From contig NMRA01000103.1 in the NCBI GenBank assembly GCA_002633005.1, positions 158,690-222,689 of the forward strand: a stretch of DNA of 64,000 nt, read 5' to 3'. Below the pieces are notes generated by a model, which made no database searches, had not been told where the DNA came from, and saw only the letters and a program-made list of their open reading frames with translations. This stretch comes from Phoronis australis. Its lineage: Eukaryota; Animalia; Phoronida. Made by a program: the position numbers and the translations under genes. This document shows, in pieces, positions 63,261 to 64,000 of this stretch (position 1 is the stretch's first letter; each line of letters opens with the position of its first letter).

Positions 63261-64000
63261 TAAACACAGAGCAAAACCATTAATTGATGCTCATAAGACT
63301 TTTTGTAACAGATTGTGAAGTATTTTTTAGGAATTTTAAAATTGTAATAAGATAGACATTTTGGAAAGAAATGGAATGAATAAAAAGTCTCTTCTGACAA
63401 TATTTATTACAAGAACCTGAAGTCCTTCAACCAGTCGTAATACCTGTGCTAAGAAAGGATGAAACTTTATATACCTGGAAGATTATACATTTCAAATAAG
63501 TTTTGTGTTGGAATGCTATACAGTGTCTTTAGGTAATTCGTATTATGCATAACTTATCTGGAAAATGTATAGTGGATTATTTTAGTTTGTACTCGAAGAT
63601 ATTAAAGCAGCTTGCACCCACTTTTTTGTGATTCCACAACAAATACCGAGAAAAGAACCAATGGCCGTAGGAAAGATCGTAGTCTCAGTAGTTTGTGAAG
63701 AAGCCTGATCACTGTCGAACACAATCACTTTACCATGAAGTTAGCGACGACATTTTACCGTTCACTGTTGGTACACTTGTCGTTTTAGAAAGCCGAATCG
63801 GCAAGAAAAAACACTACAATGGATTATATTTTCTGAAATGTACACACATAAAAAGGCATGCGTCATAATAATTGATAATCGATGAATTATATTCGCCATA
63901 TTCGGTGGAAACGTTTTAGACAGTTATGAACAATGAATACCCTGATTGTTCTAATCAGTTTTTAATGTTCGACTTTGACAATCTATCGCAAATGGTCTCA

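Overview
AT-rich eukaryotic DNA with introns, most likely from a marine invertebrate (inferred from the repeat families; the species cannot be determined here). Host genes: (i) three spliced minus-strand exons (907-2149) encoding a fibronectin type III ectodomain segment; (ii) two convergent paralogous genes missed or mis-framed by the ORF track, each with two 6-Cys PLAC-like domains (gene A, +: 16094-16246 and 25260-25414, candidate signal-peptide exon at 9866; gene B, -: 46676-46807 and 41228-41400). Most of the rest is nested transposons: an ISL2EU-type element (17825-23653) interrupted by a Penelope retroelement with a hammerhead remnant; two copies of a THAP-bearing P-like element (32308-37445 +, 48519-54407 -), both inserted at almost the same site of one Kolobok-like repeat family; a young internally deleted Kolobok (48944-50635) with THAP-transposase and KolX/P2X7-like ORFs; Helentron-type elements; an L1/Tx1 fragment; and several MITEs. 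Paralogue comparisons inside the window show repeated TA to TACATGTA (+6 bp) insertions that look like transposon footprints. All calls come from reading the sequence by eye; no database searches were run.
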